A DNA stretch of 64,000 nucleotides, taken from IMG/VR virus record IMGVR_UViG_3300030041_000010; one strand, written 5' to 3'. The notes beneath the pieces were generated by a model, which worked only from the letters and a program-made list of their open reading frames with translations, was not told the DNA's origin and made no database searches. Within the stretch, counting starts at the first letter, position 1; each line of letters begins with the position of its first letter. The position numbers and the translations under genes were made by a program. Positions 1 to 9,131 of this stretch are shown piece by piece. Source of the DNA: a virus.

Positions 1-642
1 TGTAGTCATATCCTCCACGAACTTTGAAGCGTCCAAAAGGTGGAGTAACACTCGCTTCCCATTTGGAGTTATAGCTACTCCTCCCTTTTTCACCTTTACA
101 ATACCAAAGCTAGTACAGACGACTACCATAGTCTCAGCCAACTGGCTAACAAGGTCGCGTACAAACTCCTTCTGCTTTTCCTCCGACACAGCAACTCCAG
201 TCTCATCGGTGACTTTAAAACGAAGGTGCTTTTCTAAGGGCTCGATCAAATACTCGTGTTGTGGATTATCGAGTTCATTCAGAAAAATGACGAACAAAGG
301 CCGCATGACCTTTCCGAAGTGAGGATGAGCGCCATTCAATTGTTCGAAAATCAACTCACCTACAAGTAAGGTAACGCCAAATGTAGCCCCCCATTTATAG
401 CCATCATACGAGCTAGGCATCAATTGAAATTCAGTCAATGTGGGGTACTTGGCATACTTCTCTAATAACTTTTTCTGCTCAACTAAAAACGTGTTGGCCT
501 GTAGCCGGGGGTTTTCTTCGAGAGAGTTATCACTTATAAGAGCCATCAACTCATTCTTGGCCTGAGTTATGATGGTTTTCTGAAGGAAAAGAACCTTCTT
601 AAGATCATCCACGTTTTTAAGCTGTACTATAGAATCATTCAC
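1..642 (-). CDS. hypothetical protein, runs off the window edge
   Basis: Open frame from GTG at 642 (overlapping the TGA of the upstream ORF) to position 1, MNDSIVQLKNVDDLKKVLFLQK...; absent from the ORF track because no stop lies in the window. Confidence 0.7.
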   Translation of the reverse strand, partial: MNDSIVQLKNVDDLKKVLFLQKTIITQAKNELMALISDNSLEENPRLQANTFLVEQKKLLEKYAKYPTLTEFQLMPSSYDGYKWGATFGVTLLVGELIFEQLNGAHPHFGKVMRPLFVIFLNELDNPQHEYLIEPLEKHLRFKVTDETGVAVSEEKQKEFVRDLVSQLAETMVVVCTSFGIVKVKKGGVAITPNGKRVLLHLLDASKFVEDMTT

Positions 643-863
643 CTATTTGCCACCCGTCCGCCCCTTTTACGTCCACCCTTTTTACCCTGAGGTCGAAATA
701 ACCGTGCCCCTAACAGCAATGTGCTATCCACCGTTGACACCATTCTTGAACTGGTTGCTTGCGCTTCGAGATACTCCCGAACATACCCGTTCGCACCGCC
801 GCGATAATACAATGCAATGGATAGTTTTTCGAAAAAGGTCAGGTCTCTCCAAGATTTCATCAT
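639..863 (-). CDS. hypothetical protein
   Basis: ORF track; fits the minus-strand gene packing. Confidence 0.55.
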   Translation of the reverse strand: MMKSWRDLTFFEKLSIALYYRGGANGYVREYLEAQATSSRMVSTVDSTLLLGARLFRPQGKKGGRKRGGRVANR

Positions 864-872
864 ATCTATCTA

Positions 873-1175
873 TTACGGAGTTTTCAGTAGTTTTGAAACT
901 TCATCCAATGGAATGACTGACTTTTTCAGTCGTCGGATACCAAGGCGGAAGCAGTGAATACTCAGCCACAAAGAGGGTCTACGCCACAGCAGGATGGACA
1001 TGCTGTAGGAAGTCTGTTCATTGATGTCAGAGAGCACCTTGCGGTCGCGAAGGCCCGTGGCGGCAAGGTGGTCATAATATCCCCTATAGGCGCGGAGCAC
1101 AAACTGTGTGTGAAAGTCCAGTTCGACCGGGCTTGCCTGATAAGGGAGCAGCAAGGTTAGCAACGTATACAACAT
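873..1175 (-). CDS. hypothetical protein
   Basis: ORF track; AAGGAGG ribosome-binding site upstream. Confidence 0.6.
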   Translation of the reverse strand: MLYTLLTLLLPYQASPVELDFHTQFVLRAYRGYYDHLAATGLRDRKVLSDINEQTSYSMSILLWRRPSLWLSIHCFRLGIRRLKKSVIPLDEVSKLLKTP

Positions 1176-1217
1176 GTGTGCCTCCTTGGCTACACGCTAT
1201 CTCGCTGCTGACCCCGG

Positions 1218-1505
1218 TTATTTAATCCCAAGCCTCAGCCAAAGGTAGCTCACCAAATTTGGAATAGTCCTGCATATTTCTGTAGAGCCACCCACCGTCA
1301 CATGGTAGAAGTGGCCTCTATAAATATCAACGCACCATTCAATTTCATTGGTTTGTGATTTTAGCCGGAAATTGGGTGCCTGTTTGGTAAGAGAGAACCT
1401 CCGCTCACATACCAAAGCAACATCCATGGGGATGTGTGTTTGAACCGCAGTGATAACGGGGGCGACATCACGAGGTTGAGGGAATTTGGGGGTGCCTTTA
1501 CGCAA
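1218..1505 (-). CDS. hypothetical protein
   Basis: ORF track; start uncertain. Confidence 0.5.
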   Translation of the reverse strand: MRKGTPKFPQPRDVAPVITAVQTHIPMDVALVCERRFSLTKQAPNFRLKSQTNEIEWCVDIYRGHFYHVTVGGSTEICRTIPNLVSYLWLRLGIK

Positions 1506-1672
1506 TTAGCCCTCAAACTCATCGAAGTTGGGATTGTCATTGGGTGGCCGGGTTAAAGACATGGAAACCCGTTCGTACTCCCGCGCCGCGTGAGGCCGAC
1601 GCCGAACGTAAGCGATATTGGGACCGGGAGAGTTGCGTCCAGAATTTCATCAAGCGTTTTCATGAGCCTCCT

Positions 1673-3523
1673 TTAGTTAGGCCATACCACGGCGTCCATC
1701 CACCACTTTGGAAACAGTTTACCATTACGACCGAGGAAAGCGATGATAGCCGCATCCAGAATGAAGTGCTTCGCCTTATCCTCCTTGTGACGGTTGGAGC
1801 GGCCTGTAGCCTGTACCAGAGCCAAAGCAACGCGGCTGGCATACCATTCAGGGTCACGCTGCATACGAGCCTTGACATAAGGGTCGAGGCAGGGGAATGG
1901 TACCTTGACGATAACCGAGAACCGCGACAGGTCGTCCTTCAGGTCGAGCCCTTCCGTCATGCTTGGGGAGAAGAGAACGGTAGGGTTCTCAGACTCAATA
2001 TGACGACCAATTGCGATGTCGCGGTCACCGCTCGTGTGGGTAAGCACACGGTTGCGAGAACCCATACTGTCGGCCATGAACTTATTCACCTTATAACTAT
2101 GGGTGTGAACGATGCCCTTATGAGCGGCGAACTTATCCATAATCTTACCAAGGAACTCAGCCACTTTTGGCATAGCAACATCAATCGAAGGTACCTGACC
2201 AGACTGCCAGCACTTGCGGCACCCAGCACCCTTACGGTTCTCACGGCCAGCATCCTCAGGGTTGGAGCACTCCGGGCAAGCAACTTTGGTGCTGGACATG
2301 TTCGCAATCGGCTTGATGAATACAGGACGATTTTCAATCGGAAAGTCACAGTCAATGCGGCAGGTTACGGCATCATTGGCGTCGATGCCAAGGTTACGCA
2401 TAAAGAACTTGAAATCACCAATGGTGGCCGACATAATGATGACCTTTTCGGCCTTGCTAAACAGAATCTCATCAGCGAACAGAGTGGCCGTCAAGGGCTT
2501 GATGATGAGGCAACCAAACTCACTGCTGCCCTTGGTCTCATCAGTATAGGTAATCCAGTCGATGATGTTTTCAGCGGCGGAGTTTAGGAAGAGTACAAGC
2601 TTGCTTGTGAATCGGCGAAGGCTGTTCAACTTCTTACCCAACTTGGTAGCGGCTCCGGTACTCTTGTCTTCCTTGAGGTCTTCCAGTTCCGATGTCCACG
2701 TCATGATGAGAGCCTGTGCAGCAGGAACAAAGGTCTCTGCCACCCACTCCACACCTTTGGTGGTCTGTCCCGGCTTCACAACGGGCATGGACAAAAAGTC
2801 GATACCCACCTCCTCGCAACGAAAACGGTTAATGACAGTGTCGGCTTGCGAGAGAATCTGTCCTTCGGTGTTGTGCCCTTCATCAAGAATGAGCATTTTA
2901 CGAGGTGAAAGCTGACCGGCGTGGGTGGTCTCACCCAAGTAGTAGGCGAAGTTAGTTACGCCGAGGGGGTTTTTCACAAACAACTTCTTGGCCTCTTTAT
3001 ATGGGCAGAAGGAGCACCCCTTCTTCCCCTCTTCATCCTCAGACTTTTCGGTACGGCAGAGCATCCCACCCGTTTCACAATCCACAAACTTTCCGGTCTC
3101 ATCATCTACAAACTCAGTGCAGGTATAATTCGAACGACCCTTGAGTTCCTTGAGACCGATGGACTCAAAATCACCCATGTACTGAGCAGTCAAACTTTTC
3201 TGCGGGGAGAGGATGTAGGCACCGGCTTCAAAACCGGGGCGAACGGGTTGAGTCTTGGCGTGAGAGCCAGCAGCGATGGCGATACCGGACTTACCAGAGC
3301 CTGTCGGGGCTTCGATGATAATGAACTTCTTGTTCTCGCGGTATGCCTGTTCAATGGCCTGAAATGCCTGTTCCTGAGCGGGACGGACCACAGGGAACGG
3401 AAAGTGATCGCGGATGTCGGAGGATGAAGCTAGATTGAGGTTCTTAAGGCTTCTCAGAGTCTCAGCTTGCGCCGAGGGGAAGTCAACCTTATTCGGAAAA
3501 CCAATTTGAACTAGCTCAGTCAT
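1673..3523 (-). CDS. DinG/Rad3/YoaA-like superfamily 2 DNA helicase
   Basis: Q motif (RPAQ), Walker A EAPTGSGKS, LKGRSNYTC followed by a Cys cluster (Fe-S region), DEGH motif II, MSAT motif III, EGLDL, QATGRSNR motif VI. Confidence 0.9.
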   Translation of the reverse strand: MTELVQIGFPNKVDFPSAQAETLRSLKNLNLASSSDIRDHFPFPVVRPAQEQAFQAIEQAYRENKKFIIIEAPTGSGKSGIAIAAGSHAKTQPVRPGFEAGAYILSPQKSLTAQYMGDFESIGLKELKGRSNYTCTEFVDDETGKFVDCETGGMLCRTEKSEDEEGKKGCSFCPYKEAKKLFVKNPLGVTNFAYYLGETTHAGQLSPRKMLILDEGHNTEGQILSQADTVINRFRCEEVGIDFLSMPVVKPGQTTKGVEWVAETFVPAAQALIMTWTSELEDLKEDKSTGAATKLGKKLNSLRRFTSKLVLFLNSAAENIIDWITYTDETKGSSEFGCLIIKPLTATLFADEILFSKAEKVIIMSATIGDFKFFMRNLGIDANDAVTCRIDCDFPIENRPVFIKPIANMSSTKVACPECSNPEDAGRENRKGAGCRKCWQSGQVPSIDVAMPKVAEFLGKIMDKFAAHKGIVHTHSYKVNKFMADSMGSRNRVLTHTSGDRDIAIGRHIESENPTVLFSPSMTEGLDLKDDLSRFSVIVKVPFPCLDPYVKARMQRDPEWYASRVALALVQATGRSNRHKEDKAKHFILDAAIIAFLGRNGKLFPKWWMDAVVWPN

Positions 3524-3540
3524 TTCTTCTCTCCACCATT

Positions 3541-3581
3541 AGTATACCGAAAACTCCACAGTTTTAGCTAGTTTTTAGGAA
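3541..3581 (-). promoter_or_regulatory. putative phage promoter, copy 1
   Basis: TTCCTAAAAACTAGCTAAAACT-N13-TATACT upstream of the helicase; identical 22-mer with the same spacing at 24896-24936. Confidence 0.7.
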
Positions 3582-3586
3582 AAATT

Positions 3587-4255
3587 TTACACAATCACAC
3601 AGAAGCAATCGGATGTGCAAGAGAACCCTTGAAGTTGTTCTTTTTCCAACAGTTGCCTGTGTTCCACTGACATGAATTCAGACACAGTCTCGGCCATCTC
3701 CGCTACCTTAGCACGGAACACATCGTCAGACACCCGTCCGGGGTAGACCGATGACAAACCACGCAATTTGCTGGCATAGACAGTGCAGACATCGGTAGGG
3801 AGCCCACTGGAGGCGTTGTTAGAGCACTGAGCGAACAAGGCAACGGTTTCTTGTATACGCTGGAGGGGGTTGTCTACATGGTTGTAAAGACAAGTTAATC
3901 TCACCCACAACTTCTGACAATCACTTAGACTATCCCATTGAAACGCAGAGCGAGATGTGAGAATAAACATCACGTCATCATACATTCGTTCGATTTTGAG
4001 GAAGTGTTCGGCTTTCCTAAACTCTTCAGGCTCCATACACAAGAACCTTTCACGGCGAGATGCTTTCTCCCGTTGCACAAGGAAAAGAGAACAGGCCGCT
4101 GAACCAGCATTGCCAATGCAGCAAAGATGAAGTTGAGCATAGGGTACAGCCGCAAGAGTCCGCTCTGTGAACCTTTTCCCTTGCTCGATCAATTCGCGGC
4201 GAAGGTCTGTGAAGTCACGCTGGGGCGTGTCCAATGATTCAATTTCAATCCTCAT
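3587..4255 (-). CDS. hypothetical protein
   Basis: 222 aa ORF with AGGA ribosome-binding site. Confidence 0.7.
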   Translation of the reverse strand: MRIEIESLDTPQRDFTDLRRELIEQGKRFTERTLAAVPYAQLHLCCIGNAGSAACSLFLVQREKASRRERFLCMEPEEFRKAEHFLKIERMYDDVMFILTSRSAFQWDSLSDCQKLWVRLTCLYNHVDNPLQRIQETVALFAQCSNNASSGLPTDVCTVYASKLRGLSSVYPGRVSDDVFRAKVAEMAETVSEFMSVEHRQLLEKEQLQGFSCTSDCFCVIV

Positions 4256-4277
4256 AGTCCTATAATACTAGGTTAAT

Positions 4278-5012
4278 TTACTGATAAACCCACGTACTAC
4301 CATTAAACAACACCATCAGGGTTGTAGAACTTGCCGGTGTTCCAGAACCAGCCGCTGTGCCACCCCAAGCAGGGCTACCTGAAGCATCTGAGATAACAGC
4401 CAATTGTCCTGCAACAGGCGAGACCGGGAGTGCCGAGTATAGCACAGGAGTTAAAACGACCTGATTAACTACCCTAGAGAGAGGGTAGGAGATGAAAGAG
4501 AATTGAACATAACTATTCGATGTCCCACCAACTTGATAGATAAAACCAAGCGGTTGAATCAAATTAGGGATAGTGGGTACAGCTAACTGAACTGAGCCGG
4601 GTTGTGTAGTGCTCAAATAAACGGTGGCTCCAACGTTGGCCGGAGCAAACCCAGTTGTAAACGGACAGCTAACGATCCCCTCAGTGGTGATAATGACTGT
4701 AGCATTCATAGCCGCACCTACTGACACAAACCCCATAGCGGGGGCATTATCTGTGGACAAAGCCGAAGCTAGTTTGGCGTATATAGTGGAGCCTGAATAA
4801 TACAGACTTACCAATTGTCCCACTTGTAGAGCGACCGCAGCTTGAGCGATTACAGGAGTTGAACTGGTAAAAAAACTACCATCCAATGCCCCTTCAGCGT
4901 TAAGCAAAACAGGGGCGAAGGCATCCGCTGAACTCCCAGTGTATACGGAGACACCGGGGGTGATGTCAATCAGATTCGTGGTTTGATTAAAGATGCATAG
5001 CTTTGTAGACAT
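4278..5012 (-). CDS. putative virion structural or decoration protein
   Basis: Beta-rich S/T/G/A/V composition; segment GQLVSL...AMGFV...TEGIV...GATVYLS resembles DUF2190/capsid-cement-like folds and the C-terminus of 37019..40006. Confidence 0.5.
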   Translation of the reverse strand: MSTKLCIFNQTTNLIDITPGVSVYTGSSADAFAPVLLNAEGALDGSFFTSSTPVIAQAAVALQVGQLVSLYYSGSTIYAKLASALSTDNAPAMGFVSVGAAMNATVIITTEGIVSCPFTTGFAPANVGATVYLSTTQPGSVQLAVPTIPNLIQPLGFIYQVGGTSNSYVQFSFISYPLSRVVNQVVLTPVLYSALPVSPVAGQLAVISDASGSPAWGGTAAGSGTPASSTTLMVLFNGSTWVYQ

Positions 5013-5696
5013 TTATCGCGTCCTCGGGGGCCAGTGAACTCTTTTATTTTTCCATTCGGCTAACTCAGGAAACTGTTTGTCGGCATCAGTGTCATGCATC
5101 AAATTAGCCGGATTTGGAGGTGTCTCGTGATGGTCTCCGGGTTGAGCCGTGTCATCAATGTTCTTCTGATTCTCACGATTGGCAAGCTCTCCTGAACCCT
5201 CAAAAACCTCTCCGCTGATGTCATACCCATAGGCCGTTTTTCCTGTTAAACTGGAAAACCTGTTCTTAGAAGGACTACTCGCTGCACGTGTCAGGCTTTC
5301 TAAAACCCCATGAACCTTTGCCAAAGAATAGGACTGGAACAAAACGGCGGAGGAGAAATTTTCCGAGTTAGCGTACATTACAGAGATTTCGAAGTCATGA
5401 CGTGCATTTTGCATATACCGCTTAACCATCGGCATCCAAGAAACTTGAGGGATAACATCCAACAGACTCAACACAAGTTCGCGGAGTTTAGGCTCTGTTT
5501 GTTTGAACAGAATAGAATCATGTTCTGGTGCCTTTAAACCCTCCCAAATCATGACGATGTCATTGTAAGTATCCCGAAGCCAATTAACATCCTGCGGCCA
5601 TGTCTGTCCATCCTGAAGCAATTCATTACGAAACCTTGGCTTACTCTCCAGCGGGTGGACAGGCGAGGCGGCTAGTTTGGCAGGTTTCAATCTCAT
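5013..5696 (-). CDS. hypothetical protein
   Basis: ORF track; ATG at 5696 preferred as start. Confidence 0.7.
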   Translation of the reverse strand: MRLKPAKLAASPVHPLESKPRFRNELLQDGQTWPQDVNWLRDTYNDIVMIWEGLKAPEHDSILFKQTEPKLRELVLSLLDVIPQVSWMPMVKRYMQNARHDFEISVMYANSENFSSAVLFQSYSLAKVHGVLESLTRAASSPSKNRFSSLTGKTAYGYDISGEVFEGSGELANRENQKNIDDTAQPGDHHETPPNPANLMHDTDADKQFPELAEWKNKRVHWPPRTR

Positions 5697-5854
5697 CGTA
5701 GGTTCCCTACAAGAGGAAATGAAAAGCCAAAATTTCACAGCTACCGGGTTTATAGTAGAGGCTGCTTGCTGATGAAGGTGTTTATCGAGTAGTTAATGTA
5801 GTAATTTTGTGCCCTTACTCGTGTGAGGGTGACCTTCCACAGGATGGAAGGCAG

Positions 5855-5888
5855 AGAGGCTGGGAAGCTCTGTTCCCAGCCTCTTTTT
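5855..5888 (+). terminator. intrinsic terminator-like hairpin, possibly bidirectional
   Basis: AGAGGCTGGGAA-gctctg-TTCCCAGCCTCT followed by TTTT on the + strand. Confidence 0.7.
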
Positions 5889-6624
5889 ATATTTCAAATT
5901 CCGCGACCGCATACCTCGTCCACTTACGTTCCTTAGGGTACCCATGAGGGTTACACACTACTCGGGTTTCACCCAGCATGTAATCGCAAGTCAAGTGCGT
6001 ATGACCATGCACCCACAGACGAGGCTTCTTATCCAAAATAAGCGGTGTCTCATCGGAAACAAAGAACCGATTGATGGGACTCTCGGCGTACATCCTGTTG
6101 GTACTCAAGTTTGAGGGAAGGTGATGAGACAACACAACTGTATCCGGGCGAATCAGTTTATTGCCGTTCTCACGAAACTCTGTGTTTTTCTGATACACCC
6201 AATCGTGAATATCCTCAATATACTTGAAGTCGTTCAATTGGTGCTCGTATATCTGGTTCAGCGGGTCGAATGGAAACCACATGGCTCCGCCGTAGAAATG
6301 AACACCATCAATCGTAGCTTCACTATTCTCCAACACAATGTAGTTATCCGGCAGAAGGTCGCGGATGAATTTCTCAACATCGGCACCCACCTTTGAACTG
6401 TAATATTCGTGGTTGCCAAAAGTGTAGAGCACCCATTTAGCTTTCTCGCCCAAGAAATCGAACACACGGCGGCACTCATTCCGCGTCTGATGAGCGGGGA
6501 CTACGATGTCTCCGGGGAGGAAGAGGACATCCAAATCTGGAACGAAGGGGATGCGACCCAAGGCATCGAAAGGATTACCATAGTAGAACTCGGTGTGGCA
6601 ATCCGAAATTAACTGGGCTTTCAC
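5887..6624 (-). CDS. calcineurin-like metallophosphoesterase
   Basis: Motifs SDCH, PGD, GNHE, HH and GHTH; GTG start overlaps the upstream stop (GTGA). Confidence 0.9.
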   Translation of the reverse strand: MKAQLISDCHTEFYYGNPFDALGRIPFVPDLDVLFLPGDIVVPAHQTRNECRRVFDFLGEKAKWVLYTFGNHEYYSSKVGADVEKFIRDLLPDNYIVLENSEATIDGVHFYGGAMWFPFDPLNQIYEHQLNDFKYIEDIHDWVYQKNTEFRENGNKLIRPDTVVLSHHLPSNLSTNRMYAESPINRFFVSDETPLILDKKPRLWVHGHTHLTCDYMLGETRVVCNPHGYPKERKWTRYAVAEFEI

Positions 6625-7055
6625 TGTATACACTCCCGTTCCATATACTCGCCGTAGCACTCACCGCCCGGTTGATAGAGTGGAATCTCTGGCAGTAGCT
6701 TTGTGGGAGCCGACTTCACCTTCTTGACCGCTGCTTTCTTAGGGGATTTCGGCGGAGCCGCAGGAATTGGTGCAGCCCACAACTTCTCAAGAAGGGGTGT
6801 TGCCCGACGAATGAACTTCGCCCGGATACGCTTGCGGTGCTCTCTCCACTTCTTGAGACCGGCTTCGTTGTCTTTCCTGAGATAAGGTGCCCCGTACTTC
6901 GCCACATTCTTGTGGTGTTTTTCCAATATTTGTGAGGCTACTTGGTCGCCCAACTTCATGGCGAATCCTTTGGGAGTTGTATACTTCGTGCCATAATAGG
7001 TGACGGTCGTAAGTTTTTCGATTTTGATGTTCGACCACTCGTTGAAGAAGGCCAT
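6621..7055 (-). CDS. hypothetical basic protein
   Basis: ORF track; coupled to both neighbours. Confidence 0.7.
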   Translation of the reverse strand: MAFFNEWSNIKIEKLTTVTYYGTKYTTPKGFAMKLGDQVASQILEKHHKNVAKYGAPYLRKDNEAGLKKWREHRKRIRAKFIRRATPLLEKLWAAPIPAAPPKSPKKAAVKKVKSAPTKLLPEIPLYQPGGECYGEYMERECIQ

Positions 7056-7471
7056 TAGCTCACCACCAGCTTACGGGACGGTATCACCATAGGAAGGGCA
7101 CCTTCAAATAGCCGCAACGCCTCCTTGGTGCCTTCAGGGCTCCGGGGGATGAAGTGCTCGTACGTACCCCAACCGTTGGGAGCATTGAACGCTTCGAACC
7201 GGGGACGGTCACCCTTCATCAAGGCAAGTCCGGTGGTGAGCGGCTCGATTAGTTCCTTAGCCTTGGTGATGCCAAGCCGCTCTGGACGCCATAGGTGCTG
7301 GTAGATGCCAGCTTCCATCGCCATCTTGTTCAAGTTGTGGGTGATGTTCTGGTCGAAGACTACATCGGTTTCGGCGGACTTGCCGGTGCCGTCGCAATCG
7401 GGGCAGTTCTTGCAACGTTCGCAGGGAACCTCACGAGGCTCACCCTGTACTAGCCCCACATCTAGGCTCAT
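7055..7471 (-). CDS. phage hypothetical protein with DnaJ-like CxxC/CxxCxGxG zinc finger
   Basis: MSLDV...CERC..CPDCDGTG...NITHNL...NGWG; ATG at 7471 after AGAAGG. Confidence 0.7.
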   Translation of the reverse strand: MSLDVGLVQGEPREVPCERCKNCPDCDGTGKSAETDVVFDQNITHNLNKMAMEAGIYQHLWRPERLGITKAKELIEPLTTGLALMKGDRPRFEAFNAPNGWGTYEHFIPRSPEGTKEALRLFEGALPMVIPSRKLVVS

Positions 7472-7618
7472 GTCGTACCTTCTTTCTTCAATACTCGTAA
7501 TCCGCCGCCACATAACAACTCTTCTGATTGTTACCCCCGTCCACGCGGTTCACTCTTGAAAGGATAGCTGCCTTTAGGCCAACCTCCCCAATCAGGTACT
7601 CTTCTAATACTCAGAATT

Positions 7619-7694
7619 TGGTGTCGCCGATGGGAATCGAACCCACCATCATCTGATTGAAAGTCAGAGGTCCAGACCGATAGACGGCGGCGAC
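7619..7694 (-). tRNA. tRNA-Glu(TTC)
   Basis: Cloverleaf, loop CT-TTC-AA, GTTCGA T-loop, encoded CCA. Confidence 0.85.
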
Positions 7695-7748
7695 AAACTT
7701 AAATCCGGGTGCCTTACGTTGACTCCTCGATACACGAAACTCATAACT

Positions 7749-7863
7749 TGGTGCCGGGGTAGGTATCGAAGCCTACAAACTCACAAAACCCGTTCGCATA
7801 AACGGGCATACTTTGTGATGCCTATGGATGCCTCCAGCGAATCTACCAATTCTTCCACCCGGC
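7749..7863 (-). ncRNA. tRNA-like RNA with no canonical anticodon loop and a very long extra arm
   Basis: GCCGGG/CCCGGC-ACCA acceptor, Leu-like D-loop (GAATTGGTAGA), T-arm GTAGG-CTTCGATA-CCTAC; anticodon arm reduced to TGGA-GGCA-TCCA. Confidence 0.6.
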
Positions 7864-7869
7864 GTAGCT

Positions 7870-7945
7870 TGGTGCCCTCGGTAGGAATCGAACCTACGAC
7901 TTCTTCCGTGTGAAGGAAGCACTCGTACCGCTGAGTTACGAGGGC
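7870..7945 (-). tRNA. tRNA-Val(CAC)
   Basis: Cloverleaf, CTTCC-TTCACAC-GGAAG, CCA. Confidence 0.9.
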
Positions 7946-7956
7946 GAAACTTATTC

Positions 7957-8027
7957 TCAAGGAGGGGCATCGAACCCCCATCTCCGCCACGAACGGGCGG
8001 TGTCCTTACCGCTTGTCACTCCGACAT
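7957..8027 (-). pseudogene. degenerate tRNA, Glu-like (TTC)
   Basis: Anticodon stem CCGCC/GGCGG and T-arm GGGG-GTTCGATG-CCCC present; acceptor stem broken, no CCA; ends approximate. Confidence 0.45.
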
Positions 8028-8142
8028 CAGAGGCTATTACTAGCTTGGTGCTGACGGAACCCAGTTACATGCTGCTCAGTATATCGACAGCGGAGCAACA
8101 TTTACCCGTCATTGCTCTGCCATGTTAGACGACCTTGAAACT

Positions 8143-8217
8143 TGGTAGCCCTAGAGGGAGTCGAACCCTCATTCTCACCTTGAAAGGGTGCCTTCCTAGC
8201 CGTTAGAAGATAGGGCC
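8143..8217 (-). tRNA. tRNA-Glu(TTC)
   Basis: Cloverleaf, CACC-CTTTCAA-GGTG, CCA. Confidence 0.88.
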
Positions 8218-8222
8218 ATAAA

Positions 8223-8513
8223 CTACCACCGATTACTTGGACGCGGAGACGAGGATTTAACTCGTGTCTCAACCTTTGCAGGGTCGCGCCTGATTCGCCT
8301 CGGCCACTCCGCATTAAAAACTCTTGCTTCTGCTGGCACACAGGCCGCACAAAGGTGCTTTGCCTCGTGCTTGAAACTCTGTCCCGACCCCGTCTCGAAA
8401 ACTACAGTGAAGCCAATATCATCGAAGTGTGGGCACTCTGGTATACCTTCCAACTTGCAGAACTCCGATAGTTCATAAGCCATCACCATCGTGATCCTCA
8501 GGGTGGTAAGCAT
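8223..8513 (-). CDS. hypothetical Cys/His-containing protein; 3' end reads through tRNA-Cys
   Basis: ORF track; the C-terminal ~30 codons overlap the tRNA. Confidence 0.45.
   Translation of the reverse strand: MLTTLRITMVMAYELSEFCKLEGIPECPHFDDIGFTVVFETGSGQSFKHEAKHLCAACVPAEARVFNAEWPRRIRRDPAKVETRVKSSSPRPSNRW
8238..8313 (-). tRNA. tRNA-Cys(GCA), atypical T-loop
   Basis: Loop CT-GCA-AA, U73 discriminator, CCA; T-loop TTAAATC. Confidence 0.65.
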
Positions 8514-8650
8514 CCCACACTTTCAATACCGCAATCAAAACAAAAATACCAATCAAAACGAAAAAAGTTCCAACATCAACGTGCCCGGTGAAACCATACT
8601 CGGGAGTCCATGGTGCTTGCATAGTAGACCTCTACTATGCTTCTCATATT

Positions 8651-8725
8651 TGGTAGCCCTACGGGGTGTCGAACCCCGGTTGTCAGGTTGAGAACCTGCT
8701 TTCCTAACCGCTAGAAGATAGGGCC
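8651..8725 (-). tRNA. tRNA-Glu(CTC)
   Basis: Cloverleaf, CAGG-TTCTCAA-CCTG, CCA. Confidence 0.88.
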
Positions 8726-8736
8726 AAACTACAAAC

Positions 8737-8823
8737 TAGTGACGAGTGAAGGATTCGAACCTTCGTTCCCGCCCTTCGCATAAAGCTACTAAGCGAGTTT
8801 TTAGGCCACTAAAGTAACCCGTC
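8737..8823 (-). ncRNA. tRNA-like RNA with a 20-nt anticodon loop
   Basis: 7-bp acceptor GACGGGT/ACTCGTC, D-arm, stem CTCGC/GCGGG around a 20-nt loop, perfect T-arm GAAGG-TTCGAAT-CCTTC; ends ACTA. Confidence 0.6.
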
Positions 8824-8827
8824 AAAC

Positions 8828-8876
8828 TGGAGCCGAGGGGGCGTGGTTATCCGCCACGGGATTTCCCTTACTCGGC
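8828..8876 (-). ncRNA. 49-nt CCA-ended mini tRNA-like element
   Basis: GCCGAG/CTCGGC-TCCA closing two small hairpins (GGG-AAAT-CCC; GTGG-CGGATAA-CCAC). Confidence 0.4.
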
Positions 8877-9108
8877 ATAAACTCGATTAACTGCGTCCGT
8901 CTTCACTTTACTAGCCACCCGCCAAGGTCATGGTTGGGGAAGCAACTTTCGCTAGAGCTATCTTGGTGACCCCTACTCTTCCTTTCGGTACCATGGGTAT
9001 GGGTCAGAGCCCATAAATCACCGCAGCCTTCACAGCGTGACAAAGCGACTTGCCACTTACGCACTAAGATACACCGTGTTCTGTAATCACACTATGCACT
9101 GTGAAACT

Positions 9109-9131
9109 TGGTGGATGTGACAGGAGTCGAG
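9109..9131 (-). pseudogene. isolated tRNA 3' fragment
   Basis: CTCGACTCCTGTCACATCCACCA (T-loop remnant, acceptor 3' strand, CCA) directly after the stop of 9132..9344. Confidence 0.5.

Noticed and set aside
1544-2587. 347-aa + strand ORF
   Set aside because: Almost entirely antisense to the helicase, with no recognisable motifs; a shadow ORF.
7719-8350. Short ORFs across the tRNA genes (also 9706-9960, 11282-11913, 12504-12794, 12972-13382)
   Set aside because: They are translations of tRNA or RNase P RNA sequence.
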